A stretch of DNA of 64,000 nucleotides from Candidatus Magasanikbacteria bacterium RIFCSPHIGHO2_02_FULL_48_18 (GCA_001784285.1 MFQC01000003.1:18151-82150), one strand, 5' to 3'; shown: positions 9,416 to 22,073, numbered from the stretch's first letter. Numbers and translations are program-made. Notes: generated from the sequence alone by a model not told the origin.

Positions 9416-10930
9416 ATGTCAACACACAGCATTGTCGAAGAACTCAAAAAACATATTGACGCATTTCAAAAAGACGTGTCTGTTGAGGAAGTTGGCGCGG
9501 TGTTAGAGGTGGGCGATGGCATTGCCCGCCTTTCCGGATTGTCAAAATGTCAGGCGCAGGAAATGATTGCATTTCCGGGCGGCGTCTTTGGCGTGGCGTT
9601 GAACTTAGAAGAAGAAACTATCGGCGCCATCATTCTCGGCGAATCCAACCATATTAAGCAAGGAGACACGGTCAAGCGAACCGGGAGAATTTTGTCTGTG
9701 CCGGTTGGCGACCACATAGTTGGTCGCGTGGTCAACGCCTTGGGCCAGCCGATTGATGGAAAGGGCGATATCAGCACAAAGAAATTTTACCCTCTTGAAC
9801 GCATTGCCCCGGGGGTTATGAGTCGAGAGCCGGTGCATGAACCGGTCCAAACCGGCATAAAAGCTATTGACGCGATGATTCCCATTGGCCGCGGCCAGCG
9901 CGAATTGATTATTGGCGATCGTCAAACAGGCAAGACTGCTGTGGCGATCGACACCATCATCAATCAAAAAGGCCAAAACCACGCCAAAGGCGGGCGAGGC
10001 ATGAAATGCATTTATGTGGCGGTGGGACAAAAAGAATCCAAGATTGCCCGTATCAAGGCAAAATTGGAAGAAGCCGGGGCCATGGAATATACCATTCTTG
10101 TTGTTGCCGGCGCTTCTGACCCTGCATCTATGAGCTATCTTGCGCCATATGCCGGGGTTGCTATGGCAGAATATTTTGCGGATAAGGGTGAAGACGTGCT
10201 TATTGTGTATGACGATTTGACCAAGCAGGCATGGGCCTATCGTGAAATTTCGCTGTTGTTGCGCAGGCCGCCCGGACGCGAAGCATACCCGGGAGATGTA
10301 TTTTATTTGCATTCTCGTCTCTTGGAACGCGCCTGCAAACTCAATGAAAAAAATGGCGGCGGGTCCATTACGGCATTGCCCATTATTGAAACGCAAGCAG
10401 GCGATGTCTCTGCGTATATTCCCACCAATGTCATTTCCATCACCGATGGACAAATTTTTCTTGAGACCGATTTGTTTTATCGTGGCATTCGGCCGGCGCT
10501 CAATATCGGCATCTCCGTTTCCCGTGTCGGCGGCGCCGCACAGCTCAAGCCCATGAAGAAAGTTTCAGGAAAAATAAAATTGGCAATGGCGCAATTTCGA
10601 GAGTTGGAAGCATTTGCGCAGTTTGCGAGCGATCTTGACCCGGAAACAAAAAAACAAATTGATCGCGGACAGCGGCTGACTGAACTCTTTAAACAGGGCC
10701 AATACGAACCGATGGCTGTGGAGCATCAAGTGGCAGTCATCGCGGCGGCAAATAACGGATTATTTGATGCAGTAAAGGTGGAAGATGTGCCTCGCACAGA
10801 GAAAAAGTATTGTGCGTTTGTGGAAAAAACAAGGAGATCGGTTCTTGATGCCATTCAACAAGGAGAATGGACCGATGATATTGAATCAGCTTTAAAAGAC
10901 AGCGTGAAAGCATTTCAATCGGCGTTATAA
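9416..10930 (+). CDS. atpA: F0F1 ATP synthase subunit alpha
   Basis: [29 protein letters not shown]; start trimmed to ATG at 9416. Confidence 0.98.
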   Translation: MSTHSIVEELKKHIDAFQKDVSVEEVGAVLEVGDGIARLSGLSKCQAQEMIAFPGGVFGVALNLEEETIGAIILGESNHIKQGDTVKRTGRILSVPVGDHIVGRVVNALGQPIDGKGDISTKKFYPLERIAPGVMSREPVHEPVQTGIKAIDAMIPIGRGQRELIIGDRQTGKTAVAIDTIINQKGQNHAKGGRGMKCIYVAVGQKESKIARIKAKLEEAGAMEYTILVVAGASDPASMSYLAPYAGVAMAEYFADKGEDVLIVYDDLTKQAWAYREISLLLRRPPGREAYPGDVFYLHSRLLERACKLNEKNGGGSITALPIIETQAGDVSAYIPTNVISITDGQIFLETDLFYRGIRPALNIGISVSRVGGAAQLKPMKKVSGKIKLAMAQFRELEAFAQFASDLDPETKKQIDRGQRLTELFKQGQYEPMAVEHQVAVIAAANNGLFDAVKVEDVPRTEKKYCAFVEKTRRSVLDAIQQGEWTDDIESALKDSVKAFQSAL

Positions 10931-10933
10931 TGT

Positions 10934-11909
10934 ATGGCAGTAAACACCAAAATTATTAAACGGCGCATTCGTTCCGTGTCCAACACCAAAAAGATTACGA
11001 AGGCCATGGAAATGGTTGCCGCCGCCAAAATGAGAAAAGCGGTGGAGGCGGCTTTGAATACACGAACCTACGCCCAAATGGCGCGGGATTTGTTGGTGAA
11101 ATTGTCGCAGTCCGCAAAAATGCATCTTCCGCTTTTGGCCGTACGCCCGGTGAAAAAATTGCTTGTCGTCTTGATCACATCGAATCGGGGACTCTGCGGC
11201 AGTTTCAACAGCATGATTATAAAGAAAACGGCGCAAGAATTGGCAGATCCAAAAAATATCAGTCGTCAGAGAATACAACATAGCCATGCCCTGGAGCCGA
11301 GTGGAGATATAGCGTGTGATGTCATTGGTATCGGCAAAAAAGGATCTGATTTTGCAAAAAAAATGGGGTACCGACTGGTTGCTTCGTATAGTCAATTTTC
11401 CGATACGCCGAACTTGGATGATGTATTGCCAATCGCGAGTCTGATTATTGATGCATATACGAAAAAGCAATATGATAAGGTCGTTGTTGCCTACACCGAC
11501 TATAAATCCCCCATATTGCAAGTTGCAAAATTGCGCCAGGTATTGCCGATTTCAGAGTATGATCTTGAAAAAATGTTTTTGGAGCTTGGTCGGGGTTCTG
11601 CTTCGTCCGAAGAGTCGCATCCGGCAGATACAAATATTCAAAAGAGCGAACACGCGCCAGTTGAATATCTGTTTGAACCGGATAAGGAAAACGTGCTTCG
11701 CACGATTTTGCCTCGATTGGTGGAGACACAAATATATCAGGCGGTTCTTGAGTCTGCCGCGAGTGAGCATAGCGCCCGCATGCTTGCCATGAGAAATGCC
11801 AGCGACGCGGCCGGAGATATGATTGATGAGCTAACCCTTACCTTTAACAAAGCGCGCCAGGCCGGTATTACGCAGGAAATTGCGGAAATTGCGTCCGGTG
11901 CGGCCGCAT

Positions 11910-11920
<11 letters not shown>
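10934..11920 (+). CDS. atpG: F0F1 ATP synthase subunit gamma
   Basis: KITKAMEMVAAAK, RGLCGSFN, RQAGITQEIAEI. Confidence 0.98.
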
Positions 11921-13358
<1,438 letters not shown>

Positions 13359-13359
13359 T

Positions 13360-13764
13360 ATGAAATTTTGCATTGCAACTCCTGAAAAAGTGATTTACGA
13401 GGATGATGTCCTGAGCGTCTCTCTTCCTACAATGAGCGGAGAAATTACCATTCTTCCTCACCATATTCCTTTGGTTTCGGTTATCGCCCCGGGAGAGTTG
13501 CGATTGAACGACCGCGAAGGCAATCACATGTTTGCCGTTTGGGGCGGATGTGTTGAGGTAGCGGGGGATACGGTCACTATCCTTGCGGATAATGCTGAAC
13601 GAGCGCAAGAGATTGACATTGAACGCGCGGAAGAAGCGCGAAAGCGGGCAGAAAAAGAAATGCGCGAGACAAAAAATCGCCAGGATGTGGATTTTGCTAA
13701 GTTGCAGGCGATTATTGACCGTGAAATGAATAGGATTCGAGTAGGGAAAAAGTATCGAAAGTAA
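13360..13764 (+). CDS. atpC: F0F1 ATP synthase subunit epsilon
   Basis: ATPEK, GEITILPHHIPL, C-terminal helices. Confidence 0.96.
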   Translation: MKFCIATPEKVIYEDDVLSVSLPTMSGEITILPHHIPLVSVIAPGELRLNDREGNHMFAVWGGCVEVAGDTVTILADNAERAQEIDIERAEEARKRAEKEMRETKNRQDVDFAKLQAIIDREMNRIRVGKKYRK

Positions 13765-13783
13765 AAAATAAATAATATCCTTG

Positions 13784-13828
13784 AAACAAAAAATCCTGGG
13801 CAGAGTATGCACAGGATTGTTTAGTTTC
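13784..13828. terminator. Hairpin between convergent atpC and the transporter gene
   Basis: AATCCTG.GCA-GAGTA-TGC.CAGGATT with A-rich and T-rich flanks. Confidence 0.5.
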
Positions 13829-13849
13829 ATCAAATGTGAACGTCTGGGA

Positions 13850-15124
13850 TTAGATAAGATATCGGAAGTACACATAGATGGTGCACAACACAAGCCCGAC
13901 GAATGTAATCGGCATCGCGACTTTCATATATTCCATAAAGCCAATGCGTTGGTTTTGTTTTTCCGCCATACCGCTCACAATGACATTTGCGGATGCGCCC
14001 ACAATGGTCGCATTTCCTCCAATATCCGCGCCAAGCGCGAGCGCCCACCACAGTGGAGCAAGGCCAATTCCTGTAAGGGCGCCGATTTCCTGCACCAATG
14101 GTATCATGGTCGCAACATAGGGGATATTGTCAATCACTGCCGAAAATATGGCAGACCCCCACAGAATAGACAAGGTCATCACTGTTTCGTTTCCTCCGGT
14201 GTAGGCCAGCAATTTTTCGGCCATGATGTTGATGGCCCCCACATGTTCGAGTCCTGTCACCAGAACAAATAATCCCACAAAGAAGAAAATTGTTGTCCAC
14301 TCCACTTCTCGGAGGTGTTCTTCCGGATCGTTGAGGGTGAGGAGCAGGAGGAGCGCCGCCCCGGACAACGCAATCGTCGCGCCTTCAATATGCGTGGTGT
14401 TGTGGGTGATAAATCCAACAAGGACGAGTCCAAGAACAATGAGTGATTTTATTAGGAGTCGCTTATCAGTGATGGTTTCTCTCGGGTTGAATTTCATAAT
14501 TTTTTCAGCCGCTTCTTTTGAGGATATTAATTCTCTGCGGTACCAAAAAACCAATAATCCAATAGTGACACATCCAACCAAAAAGGCAATCGGCGCCAAA
14601 TGGACTAAAAAGTCATTAAAAGTCAAGCCAGAGGCGCTTCCGATAAGAATGTTGGGCGGGTCGCCGATAAGCGTCGCTGTGCCGCCAATGTTGGCAAGAA
14701 GGATTTCTGCAATGAGAATTGGTTTGGGATTGATGTTGAGATTGTTTGCAATCACAAAAGACACGGGAACAAGTAAAAGCACCGTGGTCACGTTATCCAA
14801 AAACGCGGAGAACGTTGCGGTGATAATACCAAGGAGGATAAAGATGGGCAGTGTTTTCCCTTTCCCCAATTTTGCGGCAGTGATCGCGACATATTGGAAT
14901 AGCCCTGAATCCTTGGCTATTCCGACAATAACCATCATACCAATAAGAAGACCGAGCGTATTGAAATCAATGCCCTCAATGGCCTGCTCTTGGTTGATAA
15001 TACCTACAATGACCATGGTCATTGCCCCGGCAAGCGCGATAATGGTTCGGTGAATTTTTTCAGAGATGATGATCGCATATGTCCCGACAAAAAGACCAAT
15101 GGCGATCAAAAATTGTATTTCCAT
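13850..15124 (-). CDS. ArsB/NhaD (IT superfamily) transporter
   Basis: SAFLDNVTT, NIGGTATLIGDPPN, DNIPYV, GGNATIVGASAN; many TM segments. Confidence 0.9.
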   Translation of the reverse strand: MEIQFLIAIGLFVGTYAIIISEKIHRTIIALAGAMTMVIVGIINQEQAIEGIDFNTLGLLIGMMVIVGIAKDSGLFQYVAITAAKLGKGKTLPIFILLGIITATFSAFLDNVTTVLLLVPVSFVIANNLNINPKPILIAEILLANIGGTATLIGDPPNILIGSASGLTFNDFLVHLAPIAFLVGCVTIGLLVFWYRRELISSKEAAEKIMKFNPRETITDKRLLIKSLIVLGLVLVGFITHNTTHIEGATIALSGAALLLLLTLNDPEEHLREVEWTTIFFFVGLFVLVTGLEHVGAINIMAEKLLAYTGGNETVMTLSILWGSAIFSAVIDNIPYVATMIPLVQEIGALTGIGLAPLWWALALGADIGGNATIVGASANVIVSGMAEKQNQRIGFMEYMKVAMPITFVGLVLCTIYVYFRYLI

Positions 15125-15139
15125 AGCAAATTTATCCGA

Positions 15140-15613
15140 TTAATCATGAATACCGAGGACATCGCCCATGGCATGTTTTATATCCGTTCGGTTGATATAT
15201 CCAATAAGCGTTCCTTCATTATTGATAACGGGAAGCTGGCGGATTTTAAATTCTGACAAAAGGGTTGCCGCTTCCATAATCGAAGCCTTTGCGTGAATGG
15301 AATGGACATGGCTGGTAACAAATTTTGTGATTGGGTCATTTTGGATTTCTACTATACGTTTCATAAACACGTCAGCAGATTCAAATGCCGCCAAATGTTT
15401 GTCCTTTTCCAAATAATCCGGAACGAGGTATTCAATGAGGTCCCAGGATGAGAGCATTCCTTTGACTTTTTTTTGTTGGTTCACCACCACCGCTCCATTG
15501 GTATGATGTTGGATCATGGTCTCAAGCGCATCACGAAACGTGGCATGTTCGTCAACCGTCACAACCGTGTCGCGCATATAATCTGAGACAAGACAGGTCT
15601 TTTTTATGTCCAT
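15140..15613 (-). CDS. Tandem CBS-domain protein
   Basis: VSDYM..VVTV and IRQLPVIN..LIGYINRTDI; start trimmed to MDIKK. Confidence 0.88.
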   Translation of the reverse strand: MDIKKTCLVSDYMRDTVVTVDEHATFRDALETMIQHHTNGAVVVNQQKKVKGMLSSWDLIEYLVPDYLEKDKHLAAFESADVFMKRIVEIQNDPITKFVTSHVHSIHAKASIMEAATLLSEFKIRQLPVINNEGTLIGYINRTDIKHAMGDVLGIHD

Positions 15614-15655
15614 ACTGCATGGATTAAAGAGTAAAAAATATGAAAGAATTGCAAT

Positions 15656-15684
15656 AGTATACTCTTCCAAAGAAGAGGAGTCAA
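15656..15684 (-). promoter_or_regulatory. Promoter of the CBS-transporter operon, with an inverted repeat in the spacer
   Basis: Minus strand TTGACT-17 nt-TATACT; spacer contains CTCTTC-N4-GAAGAG. Confidence 0.65.
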
Positions 15685-15823
15685 TGTGGGTAAAATTTTT
15701 CAGTGCATATCTTTTTAAAAGGGGGGGAAGTCTTTGTCTGTAACAATTTTTTGGCTCAACCGTCTACTTTATGCGACCCTCTCTCAAAGAAGGGCGTATT
15801 CTGTATACAAGGCGGGTATTGAT

Positions 15824-17587
15824 ATGGATCGAATCACCAAAAAAACGTTTTCAATCTATTGGGCCCACGTTCGGAAATATCGGTGGCTGTTTTTTGTTAT
15901 TTTGTTCACTCGCATCGCCTGGACGGCTGTTGACGTCGTTATTCCTTTGTTTTTTAAGGAATTTTTTGATCTGTTGTCCGATGCTTCAATATCGGTTGTA
16001 GAAGTTGCCAACCAACTCTTTGCTATTTTAGGGTGGATCGCGGTTTTGTTTGCCGTGTACTGGGTGTTGGAACGCATCACGGGATTTTCGAACAATTATT
16101 TTCAGCCCACCGTTATTCGCGATTTATACCACACATGCTTTGACTATCTTCATCGGCATTCTTTCGGTTTTTTCCAAAGCAATTTTGTGGGTTCTCTCGT
16201 GCGGCGGGTGAATAAATTCACGCGCAGTTTTGAAAACATGGCCGACCGGCTGATATGGAATGGCGTCATGCTTATTACCACCATTACCTTGATTACCGCC
16301 GTGCTTTTGTATACTCACCGCCTGCTTGGGCTCATTGTTCTTTTGTGGACAATTTCTTTTTTGGCTGTGAATTTTTTTATCAGCAAGTATAAGTTTCGGT
16401 ATGATACCATTCGCAGTGAAGCAGAAAGCAGGGCAACCGGTTTTTTGGCCGATTCCATTACCAATAACGCCAATATCAAACTTTTTGGCGGTCTTGAGCG
16501 CGAAAAAACGAGTTTTTGGGATGTCAACCAAATTGTTCGGAAATGGCGCATGTTTACATGGAATTTGGACGTGGCATTTGAAGGTATCCAGGGTTTACTC
16601 ATGATGGGCCTTGAACTTTCCGCATTTTATATTGGCATTGTGTTGTGGCAAAAAGGACAATTTACTATTGGCGATTTTGTGTTGATCCAGTCATATCTCC
16701 TTATGATTTTTCATCGCGTGTGGGACTTTGGAAAGATGATCCGATATTTTTTTGAAGATATCGCCGATGCAAAAGAAATGACCGAAATTCTCGACATGCC
16801 CCATGAAATTGCCTCGGCCAAGAGCGCAAAAGCGCTTTCTGTTCTCGGGGGAGCGGTCCGGTTTGATCATGTTTTTTTTCATTACCACAAAACACGCTCT
16901 ATTCTCAAGGATTTGTGTTTGGATATTCATGCGGGGGAGCGCGTTGCGTTGGTCGGTCCGTCGGGCGCAGGAAAATCAACCGTTATCAAATTGCTGTTAC
17001 GCCAGCATGATGTGACGCGAGGAAGAATTTTGGTTGATGACCAACATATTACCAAAGTAACATTGGAGAGCTTGTGGGATAATATCAGTCTCGTTCCGCA
17101 GGATCCATTGTTATTTCACCGAACGCTCAAAGAAAATATTCGATATGGAAAGCCGGATGCCACCGAAGAAGAGGTCATCCTCGCCGCGCGATTGGCGCAT
17201 TGCCATGAATTTATTACTGAATTTTCCGACGGCTACGACACCTATGTGGGAGAACGCGGAGTAAAATTATCCGGAGGAGAGAGACAGCGCGTTGCGATTG
17301 CGCGAGCGATTTTGCGAAACGCGCCCATTTTAATTCTCGATGAAGCCACCTCAAGTTTGGATTCTGAATCAGAAAAGCTTATTCAAGATGCGTTGGTTTC
17401 GCTCATGAAAGGGAAGACGGTCGCAGTAATTGCGCATCGGTTGTCGACCATTATGAAAATGGATCGCATTATTGTGATTGATAAGGGAAAAATTGTAGAA
17501 GAAGGGACTCATGCGCAATTGTTGAGAAAGAAAAAAAGCGTCTATAAACGCTTGTGGAATATTCAATCAGGGGGTTTTATTGAATAA
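15824..17587 (+). CDS. ABC exporter, fused permease/ATPase (MsbA/Atm1-like)
   Basis: N-terminal TM domain, GPSGAGKST, LSGGERQR, ILDEATS, IAHRLST. Confidence 0.93.
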   Translation: MDRITKKTFSIYWAHVRKYRWLFFVILFTRIAWTAVDVVIPLFFKEFFDLLSDASISVVEVANQLFAILGWIAVLFAVYWVLERITGFSNNYFQPTVIRDLYHTCFDYLHRHSFGFFQSNFVGSLVRRVNKFTRSFENMADRLIWNGVMLITTITLITAVLLYTHRLLGLIVLLWTISFLAVNFFISKYKFRYDTIRSEAESRATGFLADSITNNANIKLFGGLEREKTSFWDVNQIVRKWRMFTWNLDVAFEGIQGLLMMGLELSAFYIGIVLWQKGQFTIGDFVLIQSYLLMIFHRVWDFGKMIRYFFEDIADAKEMTEILDMPHEIASAKSAKALSVLGGAVRFDHVFFHYHKTRSILKDLCLDIHAGERVALVGPSGAGKSTVIKLLLRQHDVTRGRILVDDQHITKVTLESLWDNISLVPQDPLLFHRTLKENIRYGKPDATEEEVILAARLAHCHEFITEFSDGYDTYVGERGVKLSGGERQRVAIARAILRNAPILILDEATSSLDSESEKLIQDALVSLMKGKTVAVIAHRLSTIMKMDRIIVIDKGKIVEEGTHAQLLRKKKSVYKRLWNIQSGGFIE

Positions 17588-17663
17588 AGAAGCTCACCAT
17601 GGTATTCTTATCTCTAGTCTTTACTATTGCGTCTCCATAAGGCGGCGTGAAGCACCTCTTTCC

Positions 17664-19622
17664 ATGAGACGAATTTTCTCCTTTCGATTTTTTTTGTTTT
17701 TTTTAAGTATTTTTGCCCTTCAGGGAGGGTATTTCTTTTTTTATTACCGTGCGTTGTCCCTGTCATTTTCTTTTACTTCCCTTGCGTTCCTTTTCTTTTT
17801 TTCATTGGGCCTGTCATTTTTAGTCGCGCTTCATTCGTCTCTTTTTTGGCGTGCAACGGTCTGCCTCTTGTTTGGAGGATTTTTGCTCTACAGTTTGATC
17901 AATTTTGGCCACGCATCCGTATTTCACGCGTTTACCGCGTCTCATTCGCAGGGAAGTATTGCGCCGGCAGGAACGCTCGCGTCTTTTGTGGCAGAGTATT
18001 ATCGGCTGATCCCGCTGTGGCTTTATGCCGCCGCTATTGTGTTGTTTTTGTTTTTTATTTTTGTCGTCTTTTTTTACACTCAAAAAACAAAGTCCGGGCC
18101 TGTCTTTTTTCATGGTGTTCCTGTGCAAAAAAAACATGCGGTTGCCGCGTTTGGGGGTATTGCCTTTTTGTTTTTTTTGAGCCAGGCGTTCGCGTTTGTA
18201 TTGATCGGCCACTTCCATCGTTTTCCAGATTCTGACTGGTGGAATCAGATTGTCTATATGAGCGCCAAGGGATTGCCCGGGCATATGTACGATATGATCT
18301 ATTCGGATTTTTTTAGTCGCGATCATTTGTATCAGGTGGCGCAGGCAAAAACATCGGAGAGCATGGCCAGCCCTTCTTCGTCTGTGTCTTTCGATTCCGA
18401 TCCTGGGCTCCCGACAACTCTTGAAAAAATACGGGCAGACCAAACACAATTGTTTCATCTTGCGGCAGGTCCTATCCAACAATCGGTCGTCCCCCCGGCA
18501 TTCGGTCAGCCGCCGCATATTCTTATTTTTCAACTGGAATCCATTCCTTCCTGGGCCATAGAGCAAACGCCGAGTGTCATGCCTTTTTTGTCTGAGACAA
18601 TAAAACACGGTATCACCGTATCCGATTTTTATGCAACCGGGTGCCATACGATTGACGCGGAATTTGTCGGTTTGTGCGGCGTTTATCCGGATTCTCGCGA
18701 AGGGACAACGGCACAAGAAACCAATTATTCCTGTCTTCCGGCACTGCTCAAAGAGCGCTATGGGTATGCAACCCGCATGTTTCATTCCAATATTTCCGCT
18801 TTTTGGAATCGCGATGTGCTTGCACCGGCATGGGGGTTTGATGAATTGTTTTTTGTGCCGTATTTTCGTGACCGAGAACCGGATAATCTCGTTCTTGATG
18901 ATGCCCTCGACCGAATGGCGGCATCCGATACGCCGGTTTTGAGCTATGTGATGAGCTACACATCCCACACGCCGCATGAGCCGTCAATGGTCGAATTATT
19001 TCAAAAGGCCTATGGTTTGCAGATTCGTTCTTTCGACGGGCCGGTTGAACCGTCTCTTATTGAAGAGTCGGAATTGGACGAGTACGCTCTCCGTTTTTAT
19101 CTTGGATTTTTGAATCCGGTCGATACCGCGATTGCAGAATTGTTTGACGGATTAAAAAAACGAAATCTTTTGGATAACACAATCGTGGTTATCTACGGAG
19201 ATCATCGGTATTATAATTTTCCACGGCCAACCCTGGAAAATTATTATCGTTACAATCGCATTCCTTTTGTCTTGTCGGTTCCCGGCATGCCTGAGGGAGT
19301 TGTCCAGGATATTGCAAGCCACATTGATATTGCGCCAACCCTTCTTCAACTCGTTGAAGGAGCATCATTTGACCCGCCGGAAACATTTTTGGGGACCAGC
19401 CTTTTTTCAGAGCGGCACCCAAACAATGCCGTCACCAAATGTCTGGGAGGGATCAATTTTATCAATCGTGATGGCATTGTTCATGGAACTGTTCCGCCCT
19501 ATGCCTTTACATTCTGGTATGGCTTTCGTCCGCTCGACCCTTTGGTGAAGGATGCATATACCGAAACCGTGATGCGGCTCGTGAATGATACGGACATCTT
19601 TTGGGAAGAACGGCAGCCTTGA
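17664..19622 (+). CDS. LTA synthase family / sulfatase-fold membrane phosphotransferase
   Basis: About five N-terminal TM segments, QLES, HTIDAE (catalytic Thr position), SHTPH, YGDH, SHIDIAPTLL. Confidence 0.8.
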   Translation: MRRIFSFRFFLFFLSIFALQGGYFFFYYRALSLSFSFTSLAFLFFFSLGLSFLVALHSSLFWRATVCLLFGGFLLYSLINFGHASVFHAFTASHSQGSIAPAGTLASFVAEYYRLIPLWLYAAAIVLFLFFIFVVFFYTQKTKSGPVFFHGVPVQKKHAVAAFGGIAFLFFLSQAFAFVLIGHFHRFPDSDWWNQIVYMSAKGLPGHMYDMIYSDFFSRDHLYQVAQAKTSESMASPSSSVSFDSDPGLPTTLEKIRADQTQLFHLAAGPIQQSVVPPAFGQPPHILIFQLESIPSWAIEQTPSVMPFLSETIKHGITVSDFYATGCHTIDAEFVGLCGVYPDSREGTTAQETNYSCLPALLKERYGYATRMFHSNISAFWNRDVLAPAWGFDELFFVPYFRDREPDNLVLDDALDRMAASDTPVLSYVMSYTSHTPHEPSMVELFQKAYGLQIRSFDGPVEPSLIEESELDEYALRFYLGFLNPVDTAIAELFDGLKKRNLLDNTIVVIYGDHRYYNFPRPTLENYYRYNRIPFVLSVPGMPEGVVQDIASHIDIAPTLLQLVEGASFDPPETFLGTSLFSERHPNNAVTKCLGGINFINRDGIVHGTVPPYAFTFWYGFRPLDPLVKDAYTETVMRLVNDTDIFWEERQP

Positions 19623-19751
19623 TTTTTGTTTTGGACGTTTCGTCATATTGGACAGAGCACCTTTTTTTCGGTATACTTGGATCCGTCATTTATTCGTCTG
19701 CGTCCCGCCATATGGCACTCCGGCCTATATGTTTTGTGAGTATTTTTTTTT

Positions 19752-20528
19752 ATGAATCCAATAAATAAAAAAGAACGAAATGATCTTCGTATTTTTTACA
19801 TGCAGATGAGAAAAGACAAGGCCACGCAAGAGGAAGAGTTGGCGGGCTTTGCCCGTATGATGGATCTCACAAAGGAACAATTTTTGGTTTGGAACGTATT
19901 TGAACAACCCTTTTTTGATGTAGGCCAAATCAACGCGTGCGACGCTCTTATCGCCGGAGGATCGAGTGACGACCCGGAGAAAGCGACGATATTGGACCCA
20001 AACGAATATCCGTGGATTGCAAATGCAAAAAAATTGGTCCGCCATTGTTTTGAACAATCTGTCCCAACCTTTGTGTCGTGCATGGGTTTTTTGGTTTCAC
20101 TCGAGGCGCTTGAAGGAAGGATTATTCTCGATAAGGAACACATGGAGGAAGGATATTATCCTACTCATCTTACCGACGCCGCTCGGCGAGACCCGCTTTT
20201 TCGGGGACTGCCGCCTTCTTTTATGGTGATTTCATTTCATAAAAAGCGCGCCGATGGCCTCCCGCCGGGATGCGTGCTGTTGGCATATTCCGATTTATGC
20301 CCGGTTCACGCCTTTCAAGGTGTGGGAAAGCCGTTTTATGCCTTTCAATTTCATCCGGAATTGGATCGTACAGACCTCATATCAAAATTGGAGCGATATA
20401 TTACCCGTTATTTTGATGACGAAAAATCCAAAAATGTGCTTCAGCATATTATTGATACCTGCCCGGAAACGCCGGAATCAAACAAGTTGGCCCGGAATTT
20501 TATTGATTTTGTTGTTCTTGGAAAATAG
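19752..20528 (+). CDS. Standalone type 1 glutamine amidotransferase
   Basis: IAGGS, VSCMG (nucleophilic Cys), FQFHPE. Confidence 0.85.
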   Translation: MNPINKKERNDLRIFYMQMRKDKATQEEELAGFARMMDLTKEQFLVWNVFEQPFFDVGQINACDALIAGGSSDDPEKATILDPNEYPWIANAKKLVRHCFEQSVPTFVSCMGFLVSLEALEGRIILDKEHMEEGYYPTHLTDAARRDPLFRGLPPSFMVISFHKKRADGLPPGCVLLAYSDLCPVHAFQGVGKPFYAFQFHPELDRTDLISKLERYITRYFDDEKSKNVLQHIIDTCPETPESNKLARNFIDFVVLGK

Positions 20529-20600
20529 ACGTCGCATACGATGCCGTGCTTGGGGTACGAGCCTTCCAACTGTGACGGGCGTCTGACGTCTCAGGTCTCT

Positions 20601-22073
20601 ATGACGAAAATAATTGCTTCGGTTTTGTATTTTACCGGTATTGGCGTGTGTCTCACCATTATTGTAACGATTGCGGGATTTGCGGTACCCGTTTTATTTA
20701 ATGACGAAGGAATTTGGATGCAGGTTGCGCAGACGTGGCACACGTATGATGAGCCGCCGTACCAAGGAACAGTGGAAAATAAAACTCCAGGGATTTTTTA
20801 TCTTTTTTTTGTTTCGCATGTTTTTTTTGGGACCGACATTTGGTTTGTCCGGGCCATTGGCATTGCGGTGACGCTCGCGACCAGCGTACTTTTGTACGCG
20901 ATTGGCAAGGAACTTTTTGATGAAATAACGGCGAGGTTCGCTATGCTTTTTTTTGGCCTTTCGGCCGCATGGCTCAGTCTTGACGGCGAATTTCCGGCTC
21001 AAACCGAGACGTTCATGATCTTTTTTTCTGTCCTCGCCTTTTTTCTTTTGTTTCACTATGCAGAGAGACCGGAAAAACAAAAACACCGCATGACCTTTGT
21101 CATTGGGGTCTCTATGGCCTTCGCAATTGCGATGAAACAAGTCGCCCTATTTACCGCGGTCGCCATAATTCCTTTTTTGTTTGCCTATTCATTCGGCAAG
21201 AAGACGCAGTGGATTTGTACATTGGCGGTGTATGGCGCAGGTATTTTTTTTGGCACCGTGCTTTCCATTTTGCCGCTTCTTTTTGCGGGCGTCGGTGTTT
21301 TTGATTACCTTTCCGGCGCATGGACGATATTGATCACGACCGGCGGCGCGGCATCGCTGTCTTTCAGATTGCAGGAATTTACCGATGTTTTTGTTTTGAG
21401 TTCGTTTGTCTTTTTTTATCCGTTTCTCGCGTTCTTTTTTTTGAAAAAAGATTTTTTTCTGCGAAAAGGGGTGCCGGTTTTTTTACTGCTTTTTTGGCTC
21501 GGACTTGATTTTTTTGCAACAAATACGTCAGGATTTTATTTTCCTCACCAATTAAAACAACTATTACCGGTTTGTTCTCTTCTTGCGGCTCTGGCCGTGA
21601 GGGCAATGCTTGAGTGGAAATTGCTCTTTCCATTCCAAAAAGATGAATTCTTGATTTTTATTGTCTCGGCGTTGTCTATTCTGTGGTTTCCCTATCAATC
21701 AATTTCATTTTTTTTTCAATATGATGCATTGTATCCTGTCCGAGAAACCGAAATACTCGGATCATGGCTTTTTTCCCGCACAAAATCGGATGAACGGATA
21801 TATTTGGTGAGTCAGGAAAGGAATGAATTATATGCGTACGCGGGACGCGCGTCTCCAAGCAAATTTTTTCTGCCGTATTTTTTTGGTTCAAAGCGCGTCG
21901 CAAATCGCGTCGTGAGCGATATAACTCTTCATCCGCCGCGGTACCTGATCTTTGATCGGCACCATGAAGGGTTTGTACCGGCATCGTTGCGAGAAATCCA
22001 AGAACAATCCTATCATTTTTTATTCTCGTATTATTATTTTGATATATTTGAATATCGCGGGCACCGTTTATGA
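20601..22073 (+). CDS. GT-C membrane glycosyltransferase (ArnT/GT39-like)
   Basis: NDEG luminal motif, ENKTPG, polytopic, KQ after a TM segment. Confidence 0.8.
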   Translation: MTKIIASVLYFTGIGVCLTIIVTIAGFAVPVLFNDEGIWMQVAQTWHTYDEPPYQGTVENKTPGIFYLFFVSHVFFGTDIWFVRAIGIAVTLATSVLLYAIGKELFDEITARFAMLFFGLSAAWLSLDGEFPAQTETFMIFFSVLAFFLLFHYAERPEKQKHRMTFVIGVSMAFAIAMKQVALFTAVAIIPFLFAYSFGKKTQWICTLAVYGAGIFFGTVLSILPLLFAGVGVFDYLSGAWTILITTGGAASLSFRLQEFTDVFVLSSFVFFYPFLAFFFLKKDFFLRKGVPVFLLLFWLGLDFFATNTSGFYFPHQLKQLLPVCSLLAALAVRAMLEWKLLFPFQKDEFLIFIVSALSILWFPYQSISFFFQYDALYPVRETEILGSWLFSRTKSDERIYLVSQERNELYAYAGRASPSKFFLPYFFGSKRVANRVVSDITLHPPRYLIFDRHHEGFVPASLREIQEQSYHFLFSYYYFDIFEYRGHRL

